A stretch of 63,912 nt of DNA, the filler included, from Craspedostauros australis (lineage: Eukaryota), in the NCBI GenBank assembly GCA_030167865.1. It is 19 parts of 19 records of this genome, joined end to end, with 100 filler letters (N's around TTAATTAATTAA, not from the genome) between each part and the next. Parts side by side here need not be neighbours in the genome. Positions count along the whole stretch, not along the records: positions 1 to 1,311 come from JALAGF010001838.1; positions 1,412 to 2,550 come from JALAGF010001839.1; positions 2,651 to 4,856 come from JALAGF010001840.1; positions 4,957 to 6,105 come from JALAGF010001841.1; positions 6,206 to 8,332 come from JALAGF010001842.1; positions 8,433 to 13,330 come from JALAGF010001843.1; 13 more parts are not named here. The stretch is one strand, 5' to 3'. Below, piece by piece: positions 1 through 12,419 of this stretch. Each line of letters opens with the position of its first letter. Within the stretch, counting starts at the first letter, position 1. A model generated the notes under the pieces. That model had not been told where the DNA came from, searched no databases, and saw only the letters and a program-made list of their open reading frames with translations. A program made the translations under genes and the position numbers.

Positions 1-1311
1 CCAGAAGGAGTCACCACATCGACAATTCTTCGGCAACGATCCACCATATGCGGATGCACTCCGCACGTTTGGAGAGGTGGGTGTCGTGAAGACTACCTAC
101 GGCGGGATCACCGCCAAACTCAAGAATAGAGGAGAGGAGATGGTGTTCATCGGATATGCACACCAACACGCATCAGGGGTCTACAACATGTACAGACCAT
201 CGACCAAGTCACTCATCTACTCACGAGACATCAAGTGGCTCAACCAATCATACGGACAGTTCCGTGGCTGGGCACCAGCACCGAACATATCCAACGAAAC
301 AGGAACAACGGACGCAGACGGCTTCACAACCATCGGACGGAAGGGAGCAACGCCAAGGACGGCAACACGTCAAACATCGGAAGCGAAGAGAGTATCTTTC
401 GCTGACAGCAACAGGTACTACATCCTATCAGACAGCGATGATGAGGATAATGAGGACGACGGAGTAGTAACGAAACTGGTCCACAATGACGAGGAAGATC
501 GGAGCGAATCCAATCATGAAGATGATGAGATCCTACCATCCGGCAACGAAGCCGATGATGAGACAGGTGTCACCCCTCCAAATACACCAGCGAGGTCTAT
601 ACATGACACACCATCCAGACCTCCACCGAGCAAACCAAGCAAGCGTGACATAGCTAGAAAGGAGAGGATCCGACGTCACGAAGCACGAGGCAGGAAGGGA
701 GAAGCTAATCCCAAGTCAACTGCAGGGAAGAGTATTCCCAGAGCTCTACGCGAGCTCGCAGATTTCAACGAACGAGGTCGAAAGGAAGAAGGCTATGAGA
801 GCGATCCATCATCTAACGAGGCGAGTGACGAACTCAGCGACGAGATGATCGACGATTCCAACAACGAAACTACAGATGATGAAGAAATCAAAGACGAAGA
901 TGAAGAGATCGAGATCACTCACCATAGCACAACAGGACTATACGGAATGAACGCAATCATCACCGAAATACCAGCGATCGACATCGGATTGTCGATGCAA
1001 GACGAAAACAAGGAACCAGAGAAGCACATCGAACCTACAACGTTTAACGGGGCTTTCAACCATCCAGATCCCATCCATCGAAAGGGATATCGAGCAGCCA
1101 TCAAGAAGGAGTTCGACTCCATGGATACATGAAAGGTATACAGCAAGATCAAACGAGACGCCATCCCACGCGGCCGCAGATGCTGCAAGTGCAAATGGGT
1201 CTTCAAGCTGAAGCGTGACGGCACACGTCGAGCGCGGCTCGTTGCATGTGGCTATTCACAAGTCGCAGGAGTAGACTTCCAAGAGCATTACTCACCCGTC
1301 ATCCATGACGT
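1..1311 (+). mobile_element. Ty1/copia pol fragment: integrase C-terminal region, acidic linker and start of reverse transcriptase, with one in-frame TGA at 1130-1132
   Basis: LRTFGE...KLKNRG...VFIGYA...YNMY (post-integrase SH3-like region) and EPTTFNGA...AAIKKEFDSM. After the stop the same frame reads KVY...CKWVFKLKRDGTRRARLVACGYSQVAGVDFQEHYSPVIHD, the copia RT N-terminus. Confidence 0.93.
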
Positions 1312-1411
1312 NNNNNNNNNNNNNNNNNNNNNNNNNNNNNNNNNNNNNNNNNNNNTTAATTAATTAANNNNNNNNNNNNNNNNNNNNNNNNNNNNNNNNN
1401 NNNNNNNNNNN
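1312..1411. other. Artificial contig linker N44-TTAATTAATTAA-N44 (first of 18; others start at 2551, 4857, 6106, 8333, 13331, 15779, 17687, 33846, 35018, 42107, 43380, 48442, 50671, 57809, 59563, 61124, 62705)
   Basis: The same 100-nt N-flanked spacer, with stops in all six frames, recurs 18 times, so adjacency across it is not biological. Confidence 0.98.
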
Positions 1412-1524
1412 CTGCAGAGGCGAAGCTGGCGCTCCATCGACAGGAACGACGAGAGAAGAGGCTCCGCGAAACAGGAGGCCAACCAAGCTCCCCATGGAAG
1501 AGACCTTTCCTCCACTATGGTTCG

Positions 1525-2358
1525 TTGATCAAAATTTTGGACAATTCTGCTGATGGCAATCACCATCACAGCCGAGCAATCGACTATGAGGATTTGACGC
1601 TTGATGGGGAGCTGGGAAACGTTCCCCTCCTATCTCAGATCATCCCAACCGCGGGCACACCTACTGCAGGAGGAGCAAGAGCATCCAACATGCCACCTCC
1701 GCCAGCACGAGGAGCAGGAGCATCCAATATGNCACCTCCTCCACCACCACTGATCACAACTGGAGCGGCAGCAGGAGGAGGCCGAGTTTCTGGAAACGCG
1801 CCACCACCACCACCAGCAACCACAGCAGCAGCAGGAGGAGGACAAGTTTCCGGAATCACACCACCACCACCACCAGCAACCATAGCAGGAGCAGCAGGAG
1901 GACGAGTTTCCGGAATCACACCGGCAACCACAGCAGGAGCAGGAGCATCCAATATGCTACCTCCTCCACCACCACCACCAGCAACCACAGCAGCAGCAGG
2001 AGGAGACCAAGTTTCTGGAAGCACACCATCACCACCAGCAGCAGCAACCACAGCAGCAGCAGGAGTATCCAATATGCCACCTCCACCACCACCACTGATC
2101 ACAACTGGAGCGGCAGCAGGAGGAGGCCGAGTTTCTGGAAATACACCAGCAGGAGCAACAATCACGGAAGAGACAGAATTGGGGCGAGCAGAGAAAGTCG
2201 ATGGAGAAGTCACTACCATGCATGAGGGCACCGATGGGATTGCTCCAAATGTACTGGGAGATACCAATGACAACACAGAAAGCCATGGAGAAACTTCAAC
2301 AGTGCCAACATCAGGATCAGGTGCACAGGCTAATCACAGTAGCAACAGCAGCAGTTGA
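1525..2358 (+). CDS. Pro/Ala/Gly/Thr-rich internally repetitive hypothetical protein fragment
   Basis: 277-aa ORF built from repeated PPPPP-ATTAAAGGG-(R/Q)VSG and ASNMPPPP units. The same frame continues past TGA 2356-2358 to the contig end. No recognisable domain. Confidence 0.4.
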   Translation: MIKILDNSADGNHHHSRAIDYEDLTLDGELGNVPLLSQIIPTAGTPTAGGARASNMPPPPARGAGASNMXPPPPPLITTGAAAGGGRVSGNAPPPPPATTAAAGGGQVSGITPPPPPATIAGAAGGRVSGITPATTAGAGASNMLPPPPPPPATTAAAGGDQVSGSTPSPPAAATTAAAGVSNMPPPPPPLITTGAAAGGGRVSGNTPAGATITEETELGRAEKVDGEVTTMHEGTDGIAPNVLGDTNDNTESHGETSTVPTSGSGAQANHSSNSSS

Positions 2359-4162
2359 AAGCCGAATCATCAGGTGAACACGAAAACGGAAGCAGCAGTA
2401 CTGGCACCCCAATCGCAGGAGGTGAGGAAAGCACAACAAGCAAACAGCATCTCATACACCTCAGGGAGGAAAGGGCGATGCCATGAAAACACCATGTGGA
2501 AGACAGAGAGGACCCCAGCCTGGCACAGTTGCATGGGCACCATGGAAATTNNNNNNNNNNNNNNNNNNNNNNNNNNNNNNNNNNNNNNNNNNNNTTAATT
2601 AATTAANNNNNNNNNNNNNNNNNNNNNNNNNNNNNNNNNNNNNNNNNNNNTCTTCCATGCGGTGAGGATGTCCACATCTCCTTGTTCTGCGGCGCGCAGA
2701 AGATCCTGGTCGGTGACGGTCGGGTTGGATGCATCACCAGGGGTCGACTTGAGCGAAAGGAGAGATGACCATTTTGCGGTTTGTGTTGACGAAGCCCGGA
2801 GGTTGCGCAATGGTGAGGTGGACAGTATAGCGAGTCGTGGAAGGATGAAGACCATGATGGAGCTGGCGTGTTTCGAGATGGAACGGCTTGTTGCTGAGAT
2901 CAGATCAATGCGACGGTTTTTTCGATGTGATTTGAATGATTGTTTGGCTGGTCGTAGTCGCTTGATCGCATCTCTGTTTGCCTTTATGAGGCTGGTGGTC
3001 TGTTTCATGGTCATTGCTGGTGGTATCCCGTGCTCCGTTTCACCCAGCGTGCATGGCATTCCGTTGATGACTGTTTCACGATGTTTTTCGTTTCACATTG
3101 TTACCGTGATGTCGCTGTGATCACCCGATCTACTTTGGCATCAACGTGAACATCAGCTTGAGCATTGGCTTGAACATTGTCTTGAACGTGATCGTGGCCG
3201 TGGCCAGCCACAGAAGGAGAAAGTTGATCGTGGGCGCAGGTGTCGGAAGTCATCATTGTCCCAACATCCTTGGAACGTGGAGACGATCGAGGATCCTGCG
3301 AGCGTGGTACGACTATGTTGCAAAGAATGCGAGTCGACACGAATCTGGAGAAACCGCTGGTGTTCCGTGTTGGATCGTGCCCGCTCTGTGGCGCCGAAAT
3401 TGGTCACGGCCATCTTCGCCACTGCTGCTGTTGTTGTTGTTGTTGTTCTCATCTGTTTTCCAGGAAGGTACGATGGATCGGTTGCGTCCTCATAATAGTG
3501 CCATGGCGACTGATGTCCCTCCTGAATGTAATTCTCTGCGTTTACCTGGACGAGAGGAAGAACACGGCGGAACTGCTCGTGCCGTGGGATCTCCGGGTGC
3601 TGATGCTAATACTTCGAATCTCTCTACTCGGAGGTCGATACTTCTACTGGTATCACTTCTGTTGGTACCACTTCTACTCGTATGCACATCATCATTGTAT
3701 TTGTTGCAGCGTCGTCAGTTCCGTGGCTGGTGGTGCAATGGGACATCCATGATCGTCAGACGAGTGCTCATCCCACGCCACGCTTGTCCTTGCTCTCGGT
3801 GTCATTCTTGTTCTCACGATGTTGTTGTCGGGTCGTTCATTCACGAATCCGTTTCTCTCTTCGACATTGAGTCACGCGATGCACTCAATCAACGTTCACC
3901 CAACGGTCGCTGCGAATCTGGCCACTGCCGCCATTTCCATCATTGTCATCATTGCCGTCGTTGCCATCATTGTCATCATTGCCATCATTGCCATCACTGC
4001 AGTCATAGCACAATACCAGTCAGTGCCGAGGCTGGTGCCAATCAAAGGCACGCGCAAGAGGAAGCGGTATCGCACCATACCATACCACACCACACCACAC
4101 CACACCATACGTACTTCATCCTGATCGCAGTGGTGTGCGCACTGCATTGGCTCAACAACACA

Positions 4163-4856
4163 ATGGCAGATGGCAGCCCACTGCACAAACACGATGGATC
4201 GTTCGCGCGAAAGATGATGGCTGGCATTTTGGTGTGCTTCATGCTTCTGCAAGCCAAGGGTCTGTACAATGTATCGAATCATCCCTGGTTTCTGGACTCT
4301 TCAATTCCACTGGACGGTGCCGACTATGCCACTCACATCGATCTGGCTTCTCCTCGTCGGGATGCACACACGGATGGTTGGAACGACATGACGACCACCG
4401 CATCCGCCTAGTCATTGGTGCAGTCATTGACTCAGGTGCCAACGGCAACACCAGCGAATACCAGACTACGAGTGGATGGAACACTGCAATCCTCTCATGC
4501 TCATCGCATTCAACAGGAGATGCCGCAACTCGTCCTTCATGTTGGACCGTCGAAGACAGCGACATCCACCATGCAAGCCAACATGCAAGAGCTCAAGCAG
4601 AAAGGGGTTTTCGAGCAGGACAACTACGTCTACTGGGGGCGGGAATCTTTTGATGGAAGCTATGGTGGGATCGAACTGAACTCCATTGGTGAGTTATGGA
4701 ACGTCACCTGCATGCACAAGGGGTACGCAGACTATCTCCAACGGAAACGGCATTCCGTCGATGCCAGGAACACCAACAATTTGACGATTTCGTCCACTGA
4801 ATTCGATTCAGCGGCGTCTTCGCCCACGCATGCTGTTCCGGCTTGCATACGGAACG
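4163..4856 (+). pseudogene. Type II membrane sulfotransferase-like protein, 5' part, interrupted by in-frame TAG at 4409-4411
   Basis: N-terminal TM (MMAGILVCFMLLQA), then LVLHVGPSKTATSTMQ in the same frame after the stop, resembling the 5'-PAPS-binding motif of sulfotransferases. Truncated by the contig end. Confidence 0.55.
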
Positions 4857-4956
4857 NNNNNNNNNNNNNNNNNNNNNNNNNNNNNNNNNNNNNNNNNNNN
4901 TTAATTAATTAANNNNNNNNNNNNNNNNNNNNNNNNNNNNNNNNNNNNNNNNNNNN

Positions 4957-6105
4957 CGAGATGGCATTCTTGAGGGAGTCTTCGGGTGGACGGAAAGGCC
5001 GCTCTATTTTGGGAATTGACTTCCCAGAAAGAAGCGTGTCTGCCAAATCCTTGAATCGACTGTGTGTGTCTTGGCGCATGGTGATTCGAGTGTTGGCAAC
5101 CTTGGCTTGTTCTTCTGTTGGTAGGGCGCGATAGTGCAATTGCAGGATACGCTCACATTGTGTGGCACCGCATGTGCATGCCAGCATCGCACGTGCAGCT
5201 CTGGAGAAATTGTTGTTTCCAAAGAAGGTGAAGAGGCAGACAGTCTCCAACAATCCTGCAGGAGGGAGAGCCTTGTCATGTCGGACATACTTGATGGCAT
5301 CGCACAGTTGGGGTGGAGCCTTGGTGTTGGGGGAAGCTGTGGTCCAAAACATGGAAACCTGCTCGCCCCAAGCTTGTTCCATGCAGTCCCAATGATGTCT
5401 ATTAGACTTGGTTGAGATCCCTGGATATCCACCCTTCAGGAAGTCTGTGAGCACATTTGTGTCTCTGCCAGCCATACCGAAGAGGGATACAAGCTTTTGT
5501 TTTGCAGACATATCCTTTGTCCAGGTTGGCCATTCAGGGACTGAGGCTTTGTTGTTGATGATGGTGTCACCCATCATCGTATCACCATCGCGATCATTGT
5601 CAATGCTGGTTGGGACTGGAGCAGGCATGACAATGCTGCGATTCACTTGGACATGCGGACGAGGTGCTGTTTCGAAGTGGTTTTGATTGCGACCATCTGG
5701 GGCAAAGCCCACTTGCCCAGCTCCTTCATGGTTTGCTCCACATTGCGGGCAGAACGAGAGTCTCGCATATGCCGGATTGCAGCAACCGCAGAACATGATA
5801 CCACAATCTTGACATTTCAAGTTGCCAAAGCAGGTGATTGGCATGCCGTGTGCGATTGGTGGCATTGGAGAGGTACCGTATGGAGCAGGCGTGGCAACCA
5901 TAGGTGGCATGGGGTAGTTTGGGATGCCAACGAAAGCAGAATGCAAGTTTGCATCATACCCAACAGTTGGCATCGCAGTGTTGTAGTGCCCACCTCCTGT
6001 GGGATAGTTGTAGTTGGCATGCGTTGGAGGGGACGCAGGGGTTGGACCGTAGAGAATGGTTGGGTAGTTGGCGAGGGGTGGGGATGGTACAAAGCGTGCC
6101 ACTGG
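4957..6105 (-). CDS. Uncharacterised protein fragment (Pro-rich N-terminus, Cys cluster, globular domain shared with 33946-35017); possibly transposon-encoded
   Basis: Open across the whole contig. Cys cluster CQDCGIMFCGCC...FCPQCG. The C-terminal ~180 aa align by eye with the ORF at 33946-35017. Confidence 0.6.
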
Positions 6106-6205
6106 NNNNNNNNNNNNNNNNNNNNNNNNNNNNNNNNNNNNNNNNNNNNTTAATTAATTAANNNNNNNNNNNNNNNNNNNNNNNNNNNNNNNNNNNNNNN
6201 NNNNN

Positions 6206-6289
6206 ACCGTCCAAGTGCGTATGAGAGAATAGCGGGTGAACGATGCACATATACACGTACATTTCGACATATACTCACATGTACATCTC
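6206..6289 (+). repeat. ~85-bp terminal-inverted-repeat-like sequence (A|CCGTCCAAGTGCG...), third copy of the repeat at 31948-32036 and 33762-33845
   Basis: Near-identical to 31947-32030. Similarity stops after CATGTACATCTC. Confidence 0.8.
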
Positions 6290-7322
6290 AAAATATTCCG
6301 CATATCTATGCATCCGGCCAGCCGTCTTGAGAGATGCGACCAGTGAAGCTACTCCAAGCAGACTCCAAAGGCGATGACCATGGAGTTGAAAGACCAAGAC
6401 CTGTTTGGAAAGATGTAATTCTACAGATGCTGATGTCCAGTGGCACTTGGCAGTGCCGTGACACGTGAATCACCTGGGCGCATGCCGATAGGCCTTGTTG
6501 ACGCCTGTACGGCATCAAACAATAAATCTGCACGCTGTGGAGTGTGTTGTGAGCCATCGAAGTATTGTATTGAAATATGATCGACATTTTCTATACACGT
6601 ATGCTCAGAACACTGTACAGCTTGGTGCGTACCGTTCAGTACTGTGTGATATTCATACCTGCAGAATTAGATCGCTTCCAGACGGATCTAAGACTTCAAA
6701 CTCCATGGTTGTAGTCCTTGGAGTGTGTTTGGAGTGGTGCAGCTGATCGGATCTCTCAAAACGGCCTGCCAAATGCGTAGATATGTAGAAGACTACAGCA
6801 CGATGCGTATCGCACAGTATTACAATATTCACAGATTTGGATACCAGCATCTCTTCCAGACAGATATAGACACTCGCAAGTTGGTATTTTTCCGATTGGA
6901 ATGCCCTCAATGCGCCGATCTTGTTAGAATGCAGTATTGCTATCTTTCCCAATGAAGGTTTCGTCTGAATACAATCCACAAGCAAGCACTTGGAGCATAC
7001 AGACGGATGATGTGCTTATCTATGCCTAAACCAGGCATTGATTCCCTTCATAAGATGCTATTCATTCTTGTGGAAAAATTAATGGCATATTGTTACGAGT
7101 ATAACAAATAAATATGCTGTGGCTTGTACTTTTCATGTGTGGTATTGGTAGTCTATATTTATATACTAGCCTTACGAGCCGACGCGAAATCTCTGTGTCC
7201 ATGAGATGTCGCATGGACATTTTGACGGTTTGAGTCGGTAACCAACGCAAAACAGGCTGGTTGGTGGAAATCGGCACTTCAAAAGGGCTGGTTCGTGAAT
7301 TTCCTCCAAAAATAGCAACGAG

Positions 7323-7904
7323 TTGAATGATGCCAATCATGCCCGTGTGTTTCTGACTGAACAGATGAACTGGAAACAGGGACTGAAACTGTTCCTTAAG
7401 CAGGGCGAGCACACAATCAGCAAAGAGCTGAAACAAGTGCACGACATGGAAGGCTTTGAACCAAAGCACTGGCACCAACTGCCAAAGGAGGAAAGAACAC
7501 AATTGCTACGATACCTGATGTATCTGAAGGAAAAACGCACAGGACTTTTCAAAGAATGTGGGTGTGCAGACGGACAGAAGCAACACCTGTACATGACGAA
7601 AGAAGAGACCAGCTCACTGACTGTCTCCCTCCTCGAGCTCATGCTCACCTGCACCATTGACGCACATGAAAATCATGATGTGGCCACAGTGGATGTGCCA
7701 GGTGCCTTCCTCCAAACCACCTTCGATGAGGGGGAAATTTTACACGTCCTGATCAAGGGATGAATGGCAGAGCTCCTTGCAAAGATTGTACCTGATGTGT
7801 ATGATGAATATGTGCAAAAGAAGAAAGGACAATCATTGATTTATGTGCAACTCACCAAGGCACTGTATGGGACACTCAAGGCCACTCTCCAATGGTGGAA
7901 GGAT
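7323..7904 (+). mobile_element. Decayed diatom-type copia (CoDi-like) reverse transcriptase fragment
   Basis: QMNWKQGLK...KELKQVHD...LMYLKEKRTG...CADGQKQH...DVATVDVPGAFLQ...G*MAELL...LTKALYGTLKA. In-frame TGA at 7761-7763. Truncated at 7904 by an LTR-like insertion. Confidence 0.88.
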
Positions 7905-8332
7905 TGTTGGCAAGTTCCGCTCATGGTAACCTACGATCATGGAAGATGGTGTTGGTTGATAGTCGTTCGTTTGCTATTTCATTTCTTGGCTACTCCGATC
8001 CTCTCAGTGTACGCCCGTTCTCTTGCCCGATGCTCTTGGCACGTTTGTCTGTTTCGTAGATTCAGTCTCCGACTATGAGTCGGTACGCGAGATCCTCTCT
8101 CGCCACTCTTCGTATTCTCTCTCTCTCTCAATATCGTGTACTCATGCTACATGATGCTTCTTGTTCGATGTGTACTCCGCATCCAACACTCCGTTGATTC
8201 ACTACTGGTTCCTACTCCATGAGTACTTACCATTTGAACTTCACCTCTTGTATCCATGATCTTGATGCCCTTCGGTCATCGGATCTTTGCCTCCTGCTCT
8301 GACTTGGAGACAGATGTCGACGTGGTGACATG
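7905..8332. mobile_element. LTR-like repeat (begins TGTTGG), partial, inserted into copia RT
   Basis: Similarity to 31237-~31670 begins exactly at TGTTGGCAAGTT in both copies and runs to the contig end. Confidence 0.75.
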
Positions 8333-10504
8333 NNNNNNNNNNNNNNNNNNNNNNNNNNNNNNNNNNNNNNNNNNNNTTAATTAATTAANNNNNNNNNNNN
8401 NNNNNNNNNNNNNNNNNNNNNNNNNNNNNNNNGTGTCTGACATGTTGGTCGATGGATCGTTGAGGCTCTTCGTGCTGCTCGTCCTGTTCTTGTGCAGCAT
8501 GTTGGACCGAGGTGTGCCGGCCAGCGGCACGCGAGATGATGTCGTTGTTGTCATTGTTGGCGTTGTTGTCATCGTTGGCGTTCATGTCATTGCGATCGTC
8601 GATTCGGTCGTTGTGGATGTCCAAATTGTGGAACTATCCTGTGGATGCCAACTTTGAGGTGTAAGTTCCGGTTTCAGTTTGTGATCTTTGTCTCTGTATC
8701 GGCACTTTTTGTTCGTTGAGAGTTGGATGTCGTATCTTCGGTTGCGATGTGCGATGTGCGAGGTGATGAACCAATGCGCATGTGCTCGTATCTGTTCTCC
8801 GCACGAGGCAGGGGCAGTCCACCGGAACTTTTAGGCCGGAGATGTGGTCTTGATCTCTCTCTCTCTCTCTCTCTTTGGCGTTTGCATCCACCACTGGCGC
8901 AACGCCCAAGACCAACGCGCTTGTATACAATCGTACAATTATGTGGAGAATGGCATTGCTGATCGGAAAAAGCTTCCTGTGCGAGTACGCGCCTGTCACA
9001 ATTCAGTTCCAATACCCTTGGACAGCATCGGCATTGTTGGACACCCGTCCCAATCATCACAAAGCCTGGACTGGAGGCGCGGATTTTGTCATCCATCAAA
9101 CAGACACTGGACAATACACTCACAAACTTCCCAGAAGGCTTGCGCACGACAATTGTGGTGGCAGAAGAGGCGCCAGTCTATATGATTTTGTCACGCGAAT
9201 CCGATCATGGATTTGTGACCTCATTGATAGTTTCATGTCGATAGCCAGACACGCACGAGACATTCCAGCGCATTGAAAGAGTTTCTGTTCATTCATGTTG
9301 GTAAATATTCTTTTTTATGACGTTTCACTCTGCGTGTCTGTTTGAACTACAAATGAATTGTCGATTGTATTGTCAAACAGACAGCTGTCTACAGACAATC
9401 AATACCGAACAGACAATTCAACAATAGATTCCTGTTCTCCGATTCACACGACCAAATCAATGTCGTGATCAACATTGATGGATCGCATCACGATTCGACC
9501 TCCACGTGTCGGCTGGTGTCGCCGAACAACTGTGGATTACGACACGACACATTTCGTGTTGCGGCGGTGGAGTGGCTGATGATTCGATGACAGTCACACA
9601 ACCATTCTTGGTTTCCAAACCACAGCGCATGTCGATCTCATTCCGCTCTTTCAGCCACTCGCAATTGATTGTTCGCGACTGGTTGTCTTGCGCCCCCTCG
9701 GAACAACTAACGCCAGGCAGACGGCGTAGGGCTTCTCAGAAGTCGTTTGGGGAATGCGGGTGTCAAAGAATCTGTCTTGTTGTGGTATCCAGTAGCAGCG
9801 CCAATTCACAGGGTGCGAAGATGCAATTCGCTGATACTTTCGCAGCCGGAATTTAGGTACGAGATTTATACAATCGTTTACGAACCTCATTCTGCGCAAT
9901 TCTTGTAGTAGTACTCTTCCCAAGCTTTTCGGTTCGAGACATTGGGAATTCCTGGCGGTGTGGGTTGGTGTGTTGTCACGCAGACGCGCAAGAGAGTCAA
10001 CGCAGAACAATCTCGGCTTCGCTGACAATAGCCTTCACAAGAATCTTTTCGTATCAAGAAAGAGAGGAATTCTTGGCATCACCTTGTCGTCGCGGCGATC
10101 GAACCACACCGACGCAAAGCAAATAAGAGGCAGGTTCGACACGCACACCGGACTGTTCCCAAGATCGAGGGACATTCGCTCTTTGTGGTGCACAACGCAT
10201 GCCGATACGAGGACCTCGAAATTGATTGCCTCTCTCTCTCTCTTAACCTCTCTGGGCATGCTTCGTGATCATCCACCATAGTGTGAATGTTCCTGACTTC
10301 ACCAACGAGCGCTCCACAAGACACAGGAAGCCCAAGAAGCACAAGAAACACAGGCAAAAGGGAAGGAGTGATCAACTGGCGATGATCTCTCTGGACATCT
10401 CATAAAAACAATTATACCATCTTGTGAACAATCACAAACCCCAAACTCTAACCAAACTACGAACAAATCCAACCTGTCCAACCTCCCCAACCTGCCTCAC
10501 CACC

Positions 10505-12384
10505 ATGCCCTCCTCTGAGCCAGGTCGGAACCAACCGCCGCCAAACGAGCACGAAACTCCCACCTTCGAGCCATTGGTCCACGATGAGAACATTGCACCC
10601 GCGAGCCGCCCACCGCGTTCAGCTTTCGTATCGTCCATGAACGAAGTTGGGCAGGACGTCGATCCCAGCGACGCATCGGGAAACAGCAGCCATCGCTTGG
10701 GCAACCCCCGCCGCCTGCGCGTGTGGCTGACCTTGCCACTGCTGGTCCTCGCGGTGATCGTCTCTGGAACCATCCTGGTGGTCCAACGCACACGTGGCCA
10801 TGCCGGCAGTAGCAATGGCAGCACAGCTCATGATCTCACCACCGTCAAGGTTGACGGCGCCAGTCGCGATGATGGTGGCCACACCGACTCCCCGAGTCAT
10901 CACGACAACGGTGACATCCTCAACGATGGCGCCGACTCGCCATCCGTCGAGGTGAACATCCGCCATGGTGTGACAGAGGAAAACGGTTCCATCACTCTTG
11001 GAGCTCGCATCGCTCTGCCGCACGATGGTGAAAACGATGAGACCAGCGCCAGCCGCCCAGCAACGGTGCAGACCTATTCGTGCCCCAGCGATGAATCGCA
11101 ACCCACAGTGGCAGTCAGCCCTGGGAGCATCCGAATCAGGCATTCTGCTCCATTGTGCACCCTCATCCGTGTCTCCTCATCCACGACATCCTTCCAGCCA
11201 ATTGCACGATCCTACAACAACAAACCTTGGAAAGTGATCGGCTCCACGGAAGCAATGGAATCATCTCCCAACTTGATCCAATTCAATCGGTGTGGCAGAC
11301 GCACTTGCATGATCCAACTGCCAGCTCCAGAGGACGGCCACACTTACGAGCTCAAGACCTTCAATGCCCCGGCGTACTCAGACCGGGACATCATCTCCCG
11401 CTTCTTGGAACAAACAACGTTCGGTGTGACGAGCGCAGCCCTCGACCAGATGAAGACAGAATACGATGCATCGTCATTCTCGGACTTGGACGATGTCTTC
11501 GCCAAGTGGATCGAAGACCAGCAGGATACAACCAAAACACCGATCCAATCCCATCGCGCCTTGTTCCGCCAGTTCTTGAATGCGCAGTTTGAGATCCCAA
11601 CCATCGTCGGTCGCACCACCCAACCATGCGAGGTTGGCACCAGATACCGCCACGAGGTCTTCATCGACAAGGACATCGGAGCCTTCCTCGAACTCAAGAC
11701 CGTCACGGGATCAAACGGGCAACGTCTGCGCGCCATTTCCAAGGTCCGCAATGGTGTTGCAAGACTCTACACCATCGTTGACTTCACCATGTACGACTAC
11801 GACTATGCGCACGAATCCGACAGCGAAGCATATGTTCCCACCACACGGTGGGATCAGGATGGTTTGTACACTATCTGCTGGATCGCCGGATCCATCTACG
11901 TTGAAAACGCGGACAGGACGGAGTGCCACGAAATGATCTTCAAGGACCCGGCAGTCCCGGCCTTCCAATGGGAGGAAGCGTTCTGGGTGAATCCGTTCGT
12001 CACCAGCGCAGCCAAGGACGCCATCCTCGCATCAAGCGACAGCGTCGTGCTGAACGTTCCCACCTCATCGCAGATTCTGAAACCCATCGACCAGCAATAC
12101 TATTTGGACGATTACGAAGACTACCCGTTGCGACACTACATCCTCGCGAACAGCATGGCAGACTCGCAATGCAACACAGCGACCTTCGAACCAAATGTGC
12201 CTGTCTTTGTCCAACACGGTACGTCAGCAGAGGTGTCCCAAGCTTACAGACGTATACCCCACCATCACCCTATCTCATCATTCCAATGTTCCTGTTGCTT
12301 CTGCTTCTCTTTACGCACTTGCCGCTGCTTGATTGTGCTGAAACATGAACCTTCGCAACCAAATAATCACACTACCACCAACAC

Positions 12385-12419
<35 letters not shown>

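Noticed and set aside
1356..1367. Recurrent TTAATTAATTAA motif as a biological repeat
   Set aside because: Always centred in 88 Ns; it is a six-frame-stop assembly linker.
2651..3059. Ankyrin-repeat gene (LLRAAEQGDVDIL)
   Set aside because: Only one partial repeat-like stretch at the contig edge; insufficient support.
3146..4160. 421-aa ORF with a His/Cys-rich metal-binding repeat
   Set aside because: The HHC repeat derives from a short tandem repeat (CATCATTGC-like) and a CACAC microsatellite. Only the part from ATG 4163 looks protein-like.
8433..10400. Genes upstream of the DUF1800-like gene
   Set aside because: Short overlapping ORFs of low complexity with no motif; treated as intergenic or an unresolvable gene start.
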